A stretch of DNA of 43,596 bases, taken from the sequence record SRR16203515_1469. The stretch is one strand, 5' to 3'. The translations under genes were made by a program, and so were the position numbers. Position 1 is the stretch's first letter. Each line of letters begins with the position of its first letter. Shown one piece after another: positions 28,712-38,160 of this stretch. The notes beneath the pieces are model-generated. The model worked only from the letters and a program-made list of their open reading frames with translations, was not told the origin of the DNA and did no database searches.

Positions 28712-29947
28712 ATGAAGCCAATGAAGCTGTCCACATTTATTCCTCTTGCCGCGCTAGCCCTTAGCAACAGCGTCAATGCCAAAGATCTTATCCCCCTCGA
28801 CTCGTTTCCCGATTGGTTCAAAACGAGTATGGCCAGAGAAACCAAGGTGACTACCAGCAGTAATTTAACGTTAGCGCCGTTTAATGTGAATACAGACGTG
28901 GCCGGAGAGTTGCAGCTTGTTGATACCGCTGATGGCACTTGGTATTACAATATAGATATTGGTACGAATGCCCCAGTGGAGTGTTATGTATTCAACGAAT
29001 ACGATGGCCCCGCTAATTCACTCTATGCCGTAGTCAATCTGAGTCTAGACGGTGCAGCAGAGTTAAATGGTGGCCCACTAACGGGACAGTACAATTTCGC
29101 TATCGACACTGGGGTTATTGAGAGCACGCCCTATTTATTATTAGACACCCTTTATCATGTTGGAGAGGGCGAAAATAAAGCATCAGGGGTAATAAAAGCG
29201 CTTGCTGCAGAAACTGCCAATAGCTTACAGGTTTGTATCCACAGTGATATAGGGTATCGCGACGCGTTTTTTGATACCTTCGCTTCATTTGTTAACGCCT
29301 TCGCCGAGGTATCTGAAAATCAGGCATTTTTCTCCTCTATCTATGAAATGCGCATTAATGATATCCCTATGGGCTATGCAAGCGAGCGCTATACAAAAGA
29401 CGCCGATGGCGATGTCATGATTGAAAGTGATACTGCCTTTCTTGTGCCTGTGGATGCCAGTAACGTATCTCGCACTGACTCGGTAGATATCTCATGGAGC
29501 CACCCAGATGGGGCGCTCATTAATGGTTCAACCTACACGATTGAAAATGGCGTAATGACCTCTGAGTTTGCGATAAAAGTTGTTGATGATAAGTGGCATG
29601 TAGAAGGCGCAATTCAGGGTAAACCGGTTGTGGCCGATTTAGACTACGATGGCTGGCTACAATCCGATTTTGGTAGCTACCTTGAAACTGCAAATTTACA
29701 GCAAAGTGAAGCGCAAAGTGCTCAGTTTTACATGTGGTCGCCGGATGTAGATCCCGTGTCGGCAGTGAATATCACATTAAGTGAAGTAAGCGGTAAAGAA
29801 GACACTAATATGGCGCTTGATATGGGGCCGGTGAAACTTGATTTTTACGCAGAGAAAAATGGTATTTTCAAGCATGGGGTAATGGCGCAAGGGCCGGTTA
29901 ACATCCACATGCAGTCGATTTATCGTCAGGGCGTACCGAGTTTGTAA
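28712..29947 (+). CDS. Uncharacterised secreted acidic protein
   Basis: 411-aa ORF with a signal peptide; its stop overlaps the next start (TAATG). Confidence 0.8.
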   Translation: MKPMKLSTFIPLAALALSNSVNAKDLIPLDSFPDWFKTSMARETKVTTSSNLTLAPFNVNTDVAGELQLVDTADGTWYYNIDIGTNAPVECYVFNEYDGPANSLYAVVNLSLDGAAELNGGPLTGQYNFAIDTGVIESTPYLLLDTLYHVGEGENKASGVIKALAAETANSLQVCIHSDIGYRDAFFDTFASFVNAFAEVSENQAFFSSIYEMRINDIPMGYASERYTKDADGDVMIESDTAFLVPVDASNVSRTDSVDISWSHPDGALINGSTYTIENGVMTSEFAIKVVDDKWHVEGAIQGKPVVADLDYDGWLQSDFGSYLETANLQQSEAQSAQFYMWSPDVDPVSAVNITLSEVSGKEDTNMALDMGPVKLDFYAEKNGIFKHGVMAQGPVNIHMQSIYRQGVPSL

Positions 29948-30729
29948 TGAAAAAATTGATACTTCTCGCGCTGATGGCCTGTATCAGCATGGCGCATGGG
30001 CAAAGTGATCCTTCGTTCGCCACGGTGGAAATTACCTTAGATAAAGCTCAGCGTGGGCCATTAGGCGAGCGAATAAGCCTGTCGTTGTCTTCTTATAATG
30101 CGCCCGCTATTGCAAGTACCTTAGCCCAATGGGAAGGCATTGAAATAGGCGCAGTGTCGGCTAACTCGCTGACACTAACCATGGAATTGCGGCCCCGCTA
30201 TAAAGGGGAGGTTACTCCTCAATATTCTGCGGCCAGTTTTGTTATTGATATCGATGAGCCTAGTACTCAGCAATTTACGGCTGATTTCAAGAAAAGTGCG
30301 AATAACGTCTTTTCTCTTGATGATGTACAAGCCTATGTGAGCGAATATATTGATGACACTACCTATATTCATGGTTTCAACTTTGCCTCTACCGTGGCCA
30401 CACAAAAAAGTGGCGACTGTACCGAGTATGCGGTGTTGACCACCGCGCTTGCACGTGCGTTAGGAAAACCGGGGCGGGTCATTTTTGGTACTGTGCTGAT
30501 TGACGATGAAAGCGGCGTTACCGCATACGGGCATGCGTGGACCGAAGTCTTTACTGATGGGCGCTGGCATATCCTAGATGCCGCTTTGTATGGTTTGCCA
30601 GAAGATAAACGCTTTTATTTGCCTGCTTCGGTTATTGAAAATGAAGGGCCTGGCTATGGGATGTCGCTAGCCGCGGGCGTTATGTTGATGCCGGCTAAAT
30701 TAGCAAATGTTAAGAGCGTAACACGCTAA
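29947..30729 (+). CDS. Secreted transglutaminase-like domain protein
   Basis: Signal peptide; Cys-His-Asp triad GDCTEYA, GHAWTEV, WHILDA. Confidence 0.88.
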   Translation: MKKLILLALMACISMAHGQSDPSFATVEITLDKAQRGPLGERISLSLSSYNAPAIASTLAQWEGIEIGAVSANSLTLTMELRPRYKGEVTPQYSAASFVIDIDEPSTQQFTADFKKSANNVFSLDDVQAYVSEYIDDTTYIHGFNFASTVATQKSGDCTEYAVLTTALARALGKPGRVIFGTVLIDDESGVTAYGHAWTEVFTDGRWHILDAALYGLPEDKRFYLPASVIENEGPGYGMSLAAGVMLMPAKLANVKSVTR

Positions 30730-30911
30730 TAATATCGATGCGCCTCGCTGAAGTGTAAATTTAGTGTATAGACCTAGATATAGCCGTTCGCCTAATTGTG
30801 TTGTGCCGAAAAAGCGTTAAGATGTTTCGCCATTGGAGCATCTGCGTTTTTATCGTTTGTGAGAATAGCGTCAGTGTTCGTCACAACCATGGAAAACGGA
30901 GCAATTATCCC

Positions 30912-31445
30912 ATGAAAACATTATCCCCTTTTATCCTAATCACTGCTTTATTTATTGCGCCACAAAGCCATGCTGAAGGCTGGTTAGATTCGCTAAAAGA
31001 CATGCTTGGCCTTTCTGAAACTGTGGCGAACACGCCAAACGTTGACGATATGATCAGTTCAGTGAGTGATGCCGCGGGTATCACAGAGCAGCAGGCTACA
31101 GGTGGTTTAGCATCCATTTTTAACTACGCGCAAAAGAACTTATCAAGTGAACAGGTCAGTCAATTAGGACAGTCGTTACCTGGCCTAGACGATTTGCTAC
31201 AGCAAGTGCCTGATGTCAGTGAAATGACCTCAGAGGGCGGGCTATCTGCACTGCTTGATAAAGCGGCGAGTTATAGTGAAACCTTGCAGTCGGTTAATAA
31301 TCTTAAAAAGCAATTTGATGCATTGGGCTTAGACACCCAACAAATTATGCAAATTGTTGACAGTGCGAAGGCTTACTTAGATACCGAAGAGGGGCAGCAA
31401 GTTAAATCCTTGCTCGCAGAAGGATTAACTAAGCTTTCTATCTAG
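30912..31445 (+). CDS. DUF2780-like secreted protein
   Basis: Signal peptide from the ATG at 30912 (GGAG RBS); GITEQQATGGLASIF and QFDALGLD. Confidence 0.75.
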   Translation: MKTLSPFILITALFIAPQSHAEGWLDSLKDMLGLSETVANTPNVDDMISSVSDAAGITEQQATGGLASIFNYAQKNLSSEQVSQLGQSLPGLDDLLQQVPDVSEMTSEGGLSALLDKAASYSETLQSVNNLKKQFDALGLDTQQIMQIVDSAKAYLDTEEGQQVKSLLAEGLTKLSI

Positions 31446-31605
31446 TCACTGGCTGCTGTTAACAGAGCCAAGGCAGCAGCACTCAGAGGTGCTTGCTGCC
31501 TGATGTCGTGCTTTTTGTTCGTCGATACGTTAACGTAGTGGAATGTCACTTGCTCGTAACTGCAGTGGCATTTCAACGTTAACCTAATGAACGGATGTGG
31601 CGGCA

Positions 31606-32094
31606 ATGCAAAACCTTCAAGTGATCGATCATGCGAAACTAACTCAACTAAAGCATGATGCTCAGTGTAGCCCTCGTCAACGTGCTAATTTAAACCTCCA
31701 CACGTCCTACAGCGACCTTGTTCAGCGGCTATTTATCGCCATGCTACCCGATTCTTACGTGCGCCCTCATAGACACGTACAAGCCCATAAGTGGGAGTTT
31801 TTCATGGTAGTGGAGGGCAGTATAGAACTATTGTTTTTTGACGACTATGCCACGCTTACACAGCGGATCACCTTGCAAGCCGGTGGCGAGTGTACGGCAA
31901 TAGAGATACCCCCTAACACATGGCACGCCACCGTATGCCATGCGCCTGTTGTGTTTATGGAAGTGAAACAGGGGCCTTACGAGGTAACGGGGGATAAAGG
32001 TTTCGCACCGTGGGCACCGGCAGAGGGCGAAGCCGAGGTGGCAAACTTTTTAGCCCAGCTTAAAAACGCCAAGGTTGGCACCTGCTTTGAGTGA
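31606..32094 (+). CDS. WbuC-family cupin-fold metalloprotein
   Basis: SPRQRANLNLH, YVRPHRH...WE, EIPPNTWH, EVKQGPY, FAPWAPAEG. Confidence 0.85.
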   Translation: MQNLQVIDHAKLTQLKHDAQCSPRQRANLNLHTSYSDLVQRLFIAMLPDSYVRPHRHVQAHKWEFFMVVEGSIELLFFDDYATLTQRITLQAGGECTAIEIPPNTWHATVCHAPVVFMEVKQGPYEVTGDKGFAPWAPAEGEAEVANFLAQLKNAKVGTCFE

Positions 32095-32095
32095 A

Positions 32096-32557
32096 CTAGG
32101 GATTAGGAAAGTCGAGGCGATCTAACTCGTTCGCAGCATCTTTGCATTCACCTAATAGGTGCACACGTCCTTCGGCTTGGTGGGTGTCTATTTCAATATA
32201 GCCTTCTCTACAATAATGGTTTTCTGCCAAAGTCTCATCAAGGGCGGCATACAGCTTTGACTGTTGTTTAGCCCGCCTGTCTTCATTATCTGCCCCGCTT
32301 TGGGCGTTGCCCTGTCCCCGAGAACCCCGTTGTCCGCGCCCTCTGTCGCCTCTTCCTTTCCTTTCTTTATTGCCTCCATCAGCATCGGGTCTGCCCATAT
32401 CCATACTAAATGCAAAAAGTTTAGTACCGTCTGCATTTATTTTGGTTTCAAAAAAGGTTTCGCCCATTTCAGGCATTGACGGATTAGTAGCACAACCGGC
32501 TAATAACGCACTGGTTGCAAGGGCGGGAAAGAGGACATGGAAAAAAGCAGGTTTCAT
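32096..32557 (-). CDS. Uncharacterised lipoprotein with a Gly/Arg-rich insert
   Basis: Lipobox LAGC; GTKLFAFS; YCREGY...GEC cysteine pair. Confidence 0.78.
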   Translation of the reverse strand: MKPAFFHVLFPALATSALLAGCATNPSMPEMGETFFETKINADGTKLFAFSMDMGRPDADGGNKERKGRGDRGRGQRGSRGQGNAQSGADNEDRRAKQQSKLYAALDETLAENHYCREGYIEIDTHQAEGRVHLLGECKDAANELDRLDFPNP

Positions 32558-32771
32558 AAATAATACTAAGGTAATTAATAATGCAGATAAGAACTACTAT
32601 TACCGATAAAGTTGCTTTGATAAGTGTAAGTATTGCGTAAAGTGAGTGTCTAATCTAAATACCCCACTCGGCGTAACTAGGTGGATAGCATCGCCTGTGG
32701 CTAAATACAGGTGCTGTTTACCAAACAAGGCGCAGTCAGTGGGTTATGCAAGATTCCTTTTTGGAAAGCTA

Positions 32772-32799
32772 TTGTTATTGCCACCGATAGTGGTATGGT
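32772..32799 (+). promoter_or_regulatory. Possible promoter of the leader-HTH transcript
   Basis: TTGTTA-N16-TATGGT with an extended -10 (TGgTATGGT). Confidence 0.35.
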
Positions 32800-32880
32800 T
32801 AACGATAAGACGTGAGCGCGCCTCGCGAATTTTATTTATCAGCGACGTTTAACCACGCAGCACAGCACAGAGAATTCGAC

Positions 32881-32928
32881 ATGCAAAACGTAGTCTTTAA
32901 TTACTTTTATAATTATACCCACGCATAG
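32881..32928 (+). CDS. Attenuator leader peptide MQNVVFNYFYNYTHA (Tyr/Phe-rich)
   Basis: ATG CAA AAC GTA GTC TTT AAT TAC TTT TAT AAT TAT ACC CAC GCA TAG. Five of seven consecutive codons are Phe or Tyr; AGAGA lies upstream; attenuator helices follow. Confidence 0.8.
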   Translation: MQNVVFNYFYNYTHA

Positions 32929-33030
32929 CACCTGACGCTAAGTGTTCAGGGGCTGTTAATCGCTTCTGGGCATAGTAGGTAAGAACGTTTTGCAAAAGCC
33001 CAGAAGTTTACAAACATCTGGGCTTTTTTT
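32901..33030 (+). promoter_or_regulatory. Ribosome-mediated transcription attenuator (1:2 / 2:3 / 3:4)
   Basis: 1:2 is TTACTT...ATTATACCCA (32901-32921) with TGGGCATAGTAGGTAA (32967-32982). 2:3 is GCTTCTGGGC (32962-32971) with GCCCAGAAGT (32998-33007). 3:4 is the terminator. Confidence 0.8.
32994..33030 (+). terminator. Intrinsic terminator (attenuator helix 3:4)
   Basis: AAAAGCCCAGA...TCTGGGCTTTT with a T7 run at 33024-33030, 24 nt before the HTH start. Confidence 0.88.
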
Positions 33031-33054
33031 ATGCCCATAATTGGGAAGACAACA

Positions 33055-33291
33055 ATGAGAGAATTAACCTTAGGCGAAATTAGAAAGCAACACAGAGTGA
33101 AACAAGAGGTTGTGGCTATGGCGCTGTGTGTCACCGCGTCTGGTGTCAGTAAGCTTGAGTCTAAACGTATTCAAGATGTTTCGCTGCAGCGGGCGGCGGC
33201 TTATTTAGCCGCGGTTGGGGGAAGCTTAAAAATTGAAGTTACCTTACCCGATGGTGGAACAGTGAGCGTGGGAGAAAATATCTCAGCCTAG
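33055..33291 (+). CDS. Small XRE/Cro-C1-type HTH protein (78 aa)
   Basis: [33 protein letters not shown], followed by [18 protein letters not shown] (typical of HigA-like XRE proteins). The ATG at 33055 has a GGGAAG RBS. Confidence 0.85.
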   Translation: MRELTLGEIRKQHRVKQEVVAMALCVTASGVSKLESKRIQDVSLQRAAAYLAAVGGSLKIEVTLPDGGTVSVGENISA

Positions 33292-33293
33292 TT

Positions 33294-33321
33294 TTGCCAT
33301 TAGGGTGGTTAGGGGTAGAAT
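33294..33321 (+). promoter_or_regulatory. Putative sigma70 promoter of upp
   Basis: TTGCCA-N16-TAGAAT directly after the HTH stop. Confidence 0.55.
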
Positions 33322-33349
33322 AGTCGAAACTGTAAAAAGGATACTCACT

Positions 33350-33979
33350 ATGGCTGTTCACGAAATAACCCACCCTCTTATCGCCCATAAAATAGGTTTG
33401 ATGCGACATGAAAGTATCAGCAGCAAAGATTTTCGTGAGTTGTCCTCTGAAGTGGGCAACCTTCTAACGTACGAAGCAACGCGCACCTTGCCCACCGAGA
33501 AAGCTAAAATTAAAAGTTGGTCTGGTGACGAGATAGAAGTGAGGCAAATAAAAGGTAAGAAGATTACCATAGTACCTATTCTTCGTGCGGGTCTAGGTAT
33601 GCTTGATGGGGTAATGAACCTGATCCCGAATGCAAAAATTAGCGTGGTGGGGTTATACCGTGATGAAGAAACCCTTCAGCCAGTGGCGTACTTTGACAAA
33701 GTGGTTAAAAACATTGATGAGCGTACGGCCTTAATTGTCGATCCTATGCTGGCAACAGGCGGCACCCTTATTGCCACTATCGATTTGTTGAAGAAAAAAG
33801 GCTGTCGCAAAATTATGGGGTTGTTTTTGGTCGCGGCTCCAGAAGGGCTTAAAGCCGTGGAGGATGCGCATCCCGATGTAGACATTTTCACTGCCGCTAT
33901 TGATGAGCGCTTAAATGATAAGGGCTATATTCTTCCGGGATTAGGCGATGCTGGCGACAAGATATTCGGTACGCGCTAA
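33350..33979 (+). CDS. upp: Uracil phosphoribosyltransferase
   Basis: [14 protein letters not shown] motif [28 protein letters not shown]. The ATG at 33350 has an AAGGA RBS. Confidence 0.96.
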   Translation: MAVHEITHPLIAHKIGLMRHESISSKDFRELSSEVGNLLTYEATRTLPTEKAKIKSWSGDEIEVRQIKGKKITIVPILRAGLGMLDGVMNLIPNAKISVVGLYRDEETLQPVAYFDKVVKNIDERTALIVDPMLATGGTLIATIDLLKKKGCRKIMGLFLVAAPEGLKAVEDAHPDVDIFTAAIDERLNDKGYILPGLGDAGDKIFGTR

Positions 33980-34164
33980 ACTAAGGTAGTGCGCTAACCT
34001 AAGTTAGCGTCTGTGGTTCTCTCTTTGCAGCATTGAAAATATGCATGGTGAACGTGAGTAGATGACTTAGTTAGTTTTACCGTGGGTTTTATTGAACAGG
34101 TGCTAGCGCCTTTCTCCTGCCCGCATAAAAAACGATATTGCCCCTAGGCTTAAGTACTAAAATA

Positions 34165-35190
34165 ATGAAAAAAGACAAGCTGACTCTTAAAGATGTGGCG
34201 TTACAGTTAGGTGTATCAACGGCGACGATTTCCAACGCTTTTAATCGCCCTGATCAACTGTCAGCCGCCCGTCGACAAGATATTCTCACCCAGTGCGAGA
34301 AGATTGGTTACACCGGGCCTAATAAGGCGGCGCAGATTTTACGCAAAGGCCGCTCAAATATTGTCGCCTTAGTATTAGCTGACAGTATTGCTTACACGGT
34401 CAGCGACCCGGTAGCGAGTACCTTCATCAAGGGAGTGTCAAAGGTACTGCAACAACAAGGCAAGCACCTGTTATTGTACGCGGGCGATTCAGAGTCTATT
34501 TTAAATGTGGTGGACTTTGTTGACGGGTTTCTTTGCTATGGTGCGCCCAAAAATCATAAATTGGCGCAACAAATTGCCCAGCAAAGTAAGCCGGCCATCA
34601 GCGTCGATTTTGATATTGAAGGCTTACCATCGGTTAATATTGACAATGAACAGGCAGCCTATGACATTGCGTCTCTGGCGGTAAAAGAAAACGATCATGT
34701 TGCCATTCTTGGGCTTAGATTAATTGACTCGCCCACCACCTGCCGAATTTACGATAGCCCGCTAATAGGCTCAGAATCCTCAATTTCACACCGCCGGTTA
34801 GACGGTTATTTAAGAGCCTGCCGAGAAAAAGGTGTAAACGTAGAAAGGGACTGGGTTTGGCACATACCTGAAAGTGAGCGAAACTTCGCTAAACAAGCGG
34901 CAAAAGAGGTGCTGCATAGCCGCCCTCGACCTACTACCGTGCTGTGTATGAGTGACATCATTGCGTTGGAATTGCTGCAATGCGCGCTAACCGAAGGTAT
35001 TCGTGTGCCAGAAGAATTAAAGATCACTGGCTTTGATGGCATCGAAGAGGCAGAGCGCACGCGACCAAACCTCTCCACCGTATGCCAGTCTAGCGTGCGA
35101 AAAGGCGAAATAGCTGCCACGGCATTATTAAACGCCACACAAGAAGATACCTTGTTGCCTTTCGAGATAAAGCTGGGGGAAACCTTATAA
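34165..35190 (+). CDS. LacI-family transcriptional regulator
   Basis: TLKDVALQLGVSTATISNAFNRPDQLS HTH; sugar-binding domain with MSDIIA and ITGFDG. Confidence 0.93.
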   Translation: MKKDKLTLKDVALQLGVSTATISNAFNRPDQLSAARRQDILTQCEKIGYTGPNKAAQILRKGRSNIVALVLADSIAYTVSDPVASTFIKGVSKVLQQQGKHLLLYAGDSESILNVVDFVDGFLCYGAPKNHKLAQQIAQQSKPAISVDFDIEGLPSVNIDNEQAAYDIASLAVKENDHVAILGLRLIDSPTTCRIYDSPLIGSESSISHRRLDGYLRACREKGVNVERDWVWHIPESERNFAKQAAKEVLHSRPRPTTVLCMSDIIALELLQCALTEGIRVPEELKITGFDGIEEAERTRPNLSTVCQSSVRKGEIAATALLNATQEDTLLPFEIKLGETL

Positions 35191-35229
35191 ACACACGGAG
35201 TGAGTGCACAGATGTGGGCAACTGTGCAC

Positions 35230-35814
35230 TTAGGGGTAATTCCAGACCAGTGCTTTGAAGTGGCGTCTACACATAGACTCGTAGCGATCATTGCCACCAA
35301 TTTGTACTTGATCGCCATCCACCACTGGGTTGCCATCACCGTCTAATCGCACCACGAAATTCGCTTTTCTACCGCAGTGGCATACCGTTTTTAACTCAAA
35401 CAGTTTGTCCGCCCACGCCAGTAAATAGTGACTTCCTTCAAAGGTCTCGCCTAAGAAATCGGTTCTAAGCCCATAGGCTAAGACAGGAATACGTAGTTCG
35501 TCCACCACATCTACGAGTTGGCGAACTTGCATCTTGGTAAGGAACTGGGCCTCATCAATAAATACACAGTCGAGCTTTTTAGCGCCATGATCTTGCTTTA
35601 TCGCGTCAAAAAGGTTGATGTCAGTGCTATAGAGTTTCGCATCAGCCTGTAGGCCAATGCGTGAGGTTACTTTACCAATGCCATACCTATCGTCGAGGGA
35701 GGCGGTATAAATAAGGGAATGCATGCCTCTTTCGCGATAGTTATAAGCAGATTGAAGCAGTGAGGTAGATTTTCCTGCGTTCATCGCAGAGTAGTAAAAA
35801 TATAGTTGAGCCAT
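35230..35814 (-). CDS. tdk: Thymidine kinase
   Basis: [24 protein letters not shown]; zinc ligands CHCG and CRRH. Confidence 0.96.
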   Translation of the reverse strand: MAQLYFYYSAMNAGKSTSLLQSAYNYRERGMHSLIYTASLDDRYGIGKVTSRIGLQADAKLYSTDINLFDAIKQDHGAKKLDCVFIDEAQFLTKMQVRQLVDVVDELRIPVLAYGLRTDFLGETFEGSHYLLAWADKLFELKTVCHCGRKANFVVRLDGDGNPVVDGDQVQIGGNDRYESMCRRHFKALVWNYP

Positions 35815-35819
35815 GGTGC

Positions 35820-37910
35820 TTAATAATTTTCGTTATACCAAGTTATAAAGTCGCTTAATTGCATGGGTTTGGAGTATAAAAAACCTTGCAGATAATCTAC
35901 CCCTAGTGCGGTTAACCGTTCCACTTGTTCGTGGGTTTCAATACCCTCGGCTATGGTTTTACAGCCAAACTCTTGGGCAATCAGCATGGTTGCGCGAACA
36001 ATAGTACCACTCCCTTCATCGGTATTCTGCACAAATGAACGATCAATCTTGATAAAATCGCAGGGCATGGATTGCAAGCGGTTAAGCGATGAGTAACCGG
36101 TACCAAAGTCGTCAATGGATATTTTCACCCCTAATTGTTTGATGGCTCGAAGTTGATTGGCCACGATCGCTTCATTTTTGGCAAATACACTTTCGGTAAT
36201 TTCCAACGACAGGATTGAGGGAGGAAGCGACGAAGTTTTCAATGCGTTCTTCAGGGAGTGAATAAAGTCCCCCCCGAGTAACTGATTGATTGACACATTC
36301 ACCGATAATGCAATTGGAGCCGTAAACGACCATTGGGAAGCGTCAATACAAGCTCGGTTTAACACCCAGGTACCAATTTCTGGCATCAACCCAATACGCT
36401 CCGCCAATGGAATGAATGCAACCGGGGACACCATAACACCGTTGCGGTTCCAACGTAGTAATGCTTCTACGGCAGTAATAGTCTGATCTTGGGCGCGCAC
36501 TATGGGTTGATAGTATACCGATAATTCACCTTTACTTATGGCATGCCTAAGATCTTCATACATCTGTTGTTCGGCTTTAATTTTGTCGTGTAATACCTCG
36601 TCAAATACGCCGACCGAGCCACGCAACTTGCGCTTTTGATCGTACATCGTTAGGTCTGCTTGCTGAATAAGTGTCAACGCATCGTTGCCATGTTGAGGAT
36701 AGACCGCTATGCCGATAGTGGCATCCAGTGTGACCTGATTTTCTTCCGCCATAATAGGAACGGTTACGCCGCTTCTTATTGCGTTAGCTACCGCGTTCGC
36801 CGTATCCACGGTGGCATACGGAATGACGGCAACAAACTCATCGCCGCCCCAGCGGGCAAGGTGATCGGGCTCACAGTAATGAGTTAATCGTGTGGCGATT
36901 TCAAAAAGAACGAGGTCGCCCACTTTATGACCTAAACTATCATTAACTTGCTTAAAACCATCTAAATCGATGAACAGTACCGCCAGGTTATTGTTTAGGG
37001 TTTGGGTGGTCTCCAGCAGTTCATTTAGGTGCTTTAGAAAACCGCTGCGATTGAGAAGATTGGTTAACGGATCCCGATTGGATAACTTAAGAATATCGGC
37101 GGTACGGGTTTCTACTTGCTGCTCTAGATTAGCATTGGCATGGTCGAGACGAGCATTGGTTTCACGAAGCATTTCGTTCACGTTTTCAAACTCTTGCCGT
37201 TCTTGACGCATTTGAACAACCAGTTGATTGCTATGCTCTCGAAGTTTTAATGTATCGATGTAAAAGCGGTGATTACCGTAGGCAATGATAAGAATAGCTA
37301 CCCAGAAGAAAACGCCCAAAGTTCCGAGCACGACAAAGGTGGCTTTATTATCCAGCAGTGCGCAGATAGAGATAGGGATCATCAATGCGGTAACGTAAAA
37401 AGTGACCAATGCCTTTCGGGGAGCTAGCACAGAAGCCGCACCACCGGACATGGCTGCTAGAATAACCATAGTCGCTGCGAATTCTACCGTTGTCATCGTG
37501 GTGTAAAGTAACAAAGGGTAAAGGGCCCATATAAAGCCAGTAAGGTATAAACCTATTGAAAATCGATTAAGTGCGGCGCGGGAGTTGTAGTCGGTACGTT
37601 TTAGTTTTACATGCCAATAAGAGGTATCTGCAATACGCAAGCAAACAACGATGCTCATGCTTACCCATAGCACAAGCCTAATCAACCTATCTTGTTCGTT
37701 TTCAAAGCCGAATGCTAGTGCCGTATAGCTGACAAAGGTCATGAATAAACTGGTAAACGCACTACTCATCAATAGGTCAACTAAGGCACGTTGTACACTT
37801 GGCGTTATGTCTGCCCTGTTATAGGTAGCAGGCTTCGCATCGAGACTGTTCACCGGAGAAGGTACACCATGGTTGTTGTGCCTTTTGTTAAAAATTACTG
37901 CTTTGACCAA
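35820..37910 (-). CDS. Membrane-bound GGDEF-EAL diguanylate cyclase/phosphodiesterase
   Basis: Multi-TM N-terminus, [38 protein letters not shown]. Start codon uncertain. Confidence 0.92.
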   Translation of the reverse strand: MVKAVIFNKRHNNHGVPSPVNSLDAKPATYNRADITPSVQRALVDLLMSSAFTSLFMTFVSYTALAFGFENEQDRLIRLVLWVSMSIVVCLRIADTSYWHVKLKRTDYNSRAALNRFSIGLYLTGFIWALYPLLLYTTMTTVEFAATMVILAAMSGGAASVLAPRKALVTFYVTALMIPISICALLDNKATFVVLGTLGVFFWVAILIIAYGNHRFYIDTLKLREHSNQLVVQMRQERQEFENVNEMLRETNARLDHANANLEQQVETRTADILKLSNRDPLTNLLNRSGFLKHLNELLETTQTLNNNLAVLFIDLDGFKQVNDSLGHKVGDLVLFEIATRLTHYCEPDHLARWGGDEFVAVIPYATVDTANAVANAIRSGVTVPIMAEENQVTLDATIGIAVYPQHGNDALTLIQQADLTMYDQKRKLRGSVGVFDEVLHDKIKAEQQMYEDLRHAISKGELSVYYQPIVRAQDQTITAVEALLRWNRNGVMVSPVAFIPLAERIGLMPEIGTWVLNRACIDASQWSFTAPIALSVNVSINQLLGGDFIHSLKNALKTSSLPPSILSLEITESVFAKNEAIVANQLRAIKQLGVKISIDDFGTGYSSLNRLQSMPCDFIKIDRSFVQNTDEGSGTIVRATMLIAQEFGCKTIAEGIETHEQVERLTALGVDYLQGFLYSKPMQLSDFITWYNENY

Positions 37911-38065
37911 AGGGGCCTATGTAAACAATAGCATGCTATTGCTTAACACACCGTGTTCCCTCCGCTTGTTTAATAATAAAGCACTGCAACCACCATGTTT
38001 TATTTGTGGGAATGTTAAAAGAAAGTGCTAGTTGAACTATATTGTTAAATATTCTTCACAGTATG

Positions 38066-38108
38066 TTTACATTGTTGGGATGTTGTTATATATTCTTAAT
38101 CGATTAAG
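38066..38108 (+). promoter_or_regulatory. Sigma70 promoter with an abutting LacI-type operator
   Basis: TTTACA-N17-TATATT (38066-38094), then a perfect 14-bp palindrome CTTAATCGATTAAG (38095-38108). Confidence 0.7.
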
Positions 38109-38160
38109 TTGTTAACCGAAACTTATTTGTAAAGCGAGCCACTACTTCGCCGGAGAGATC

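Noticed and set aside
32646-32852. 68-aa ORF as the toxin partner of the HigA-like HTH
   Set aside because: No RelE/HigB-like features and no clear RBS; the space before the HTH is occupied by the leader peptide and terminator.
33031-33054. ATG at 33031 as the HTH start
   Set aside because: It directly follows the terminator U-tract and has no RBS; the ATG at 33055 has GGGAAG at suitable spacing.
32994-33349. Attenuator as pyrimidine (PyrR or UTP-sensing) control of upp
   Set aside because: The HTH gene lies between, upp has its own promoter candidate, and the leader's Tyr/Phe codons overlap helix 1:2, which points to amino-acid sensing.
33973-34010. Imperfect 18-bp tandem duplication at the upp stop (GCGCTAAACTAAGGTAGT / GCGCTAACCTAAGTTAGC)
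   Set aside because: Only two degenerate copies; most simply a local duplication or weak hairpin.
34806-35339. 177-aa minus-strand ORF and other short ORFs nested in long genes
   Set aside because: Antisense or off-frame shadows of well-supported genes (here lacI and tdk) with no recognisable motifs.
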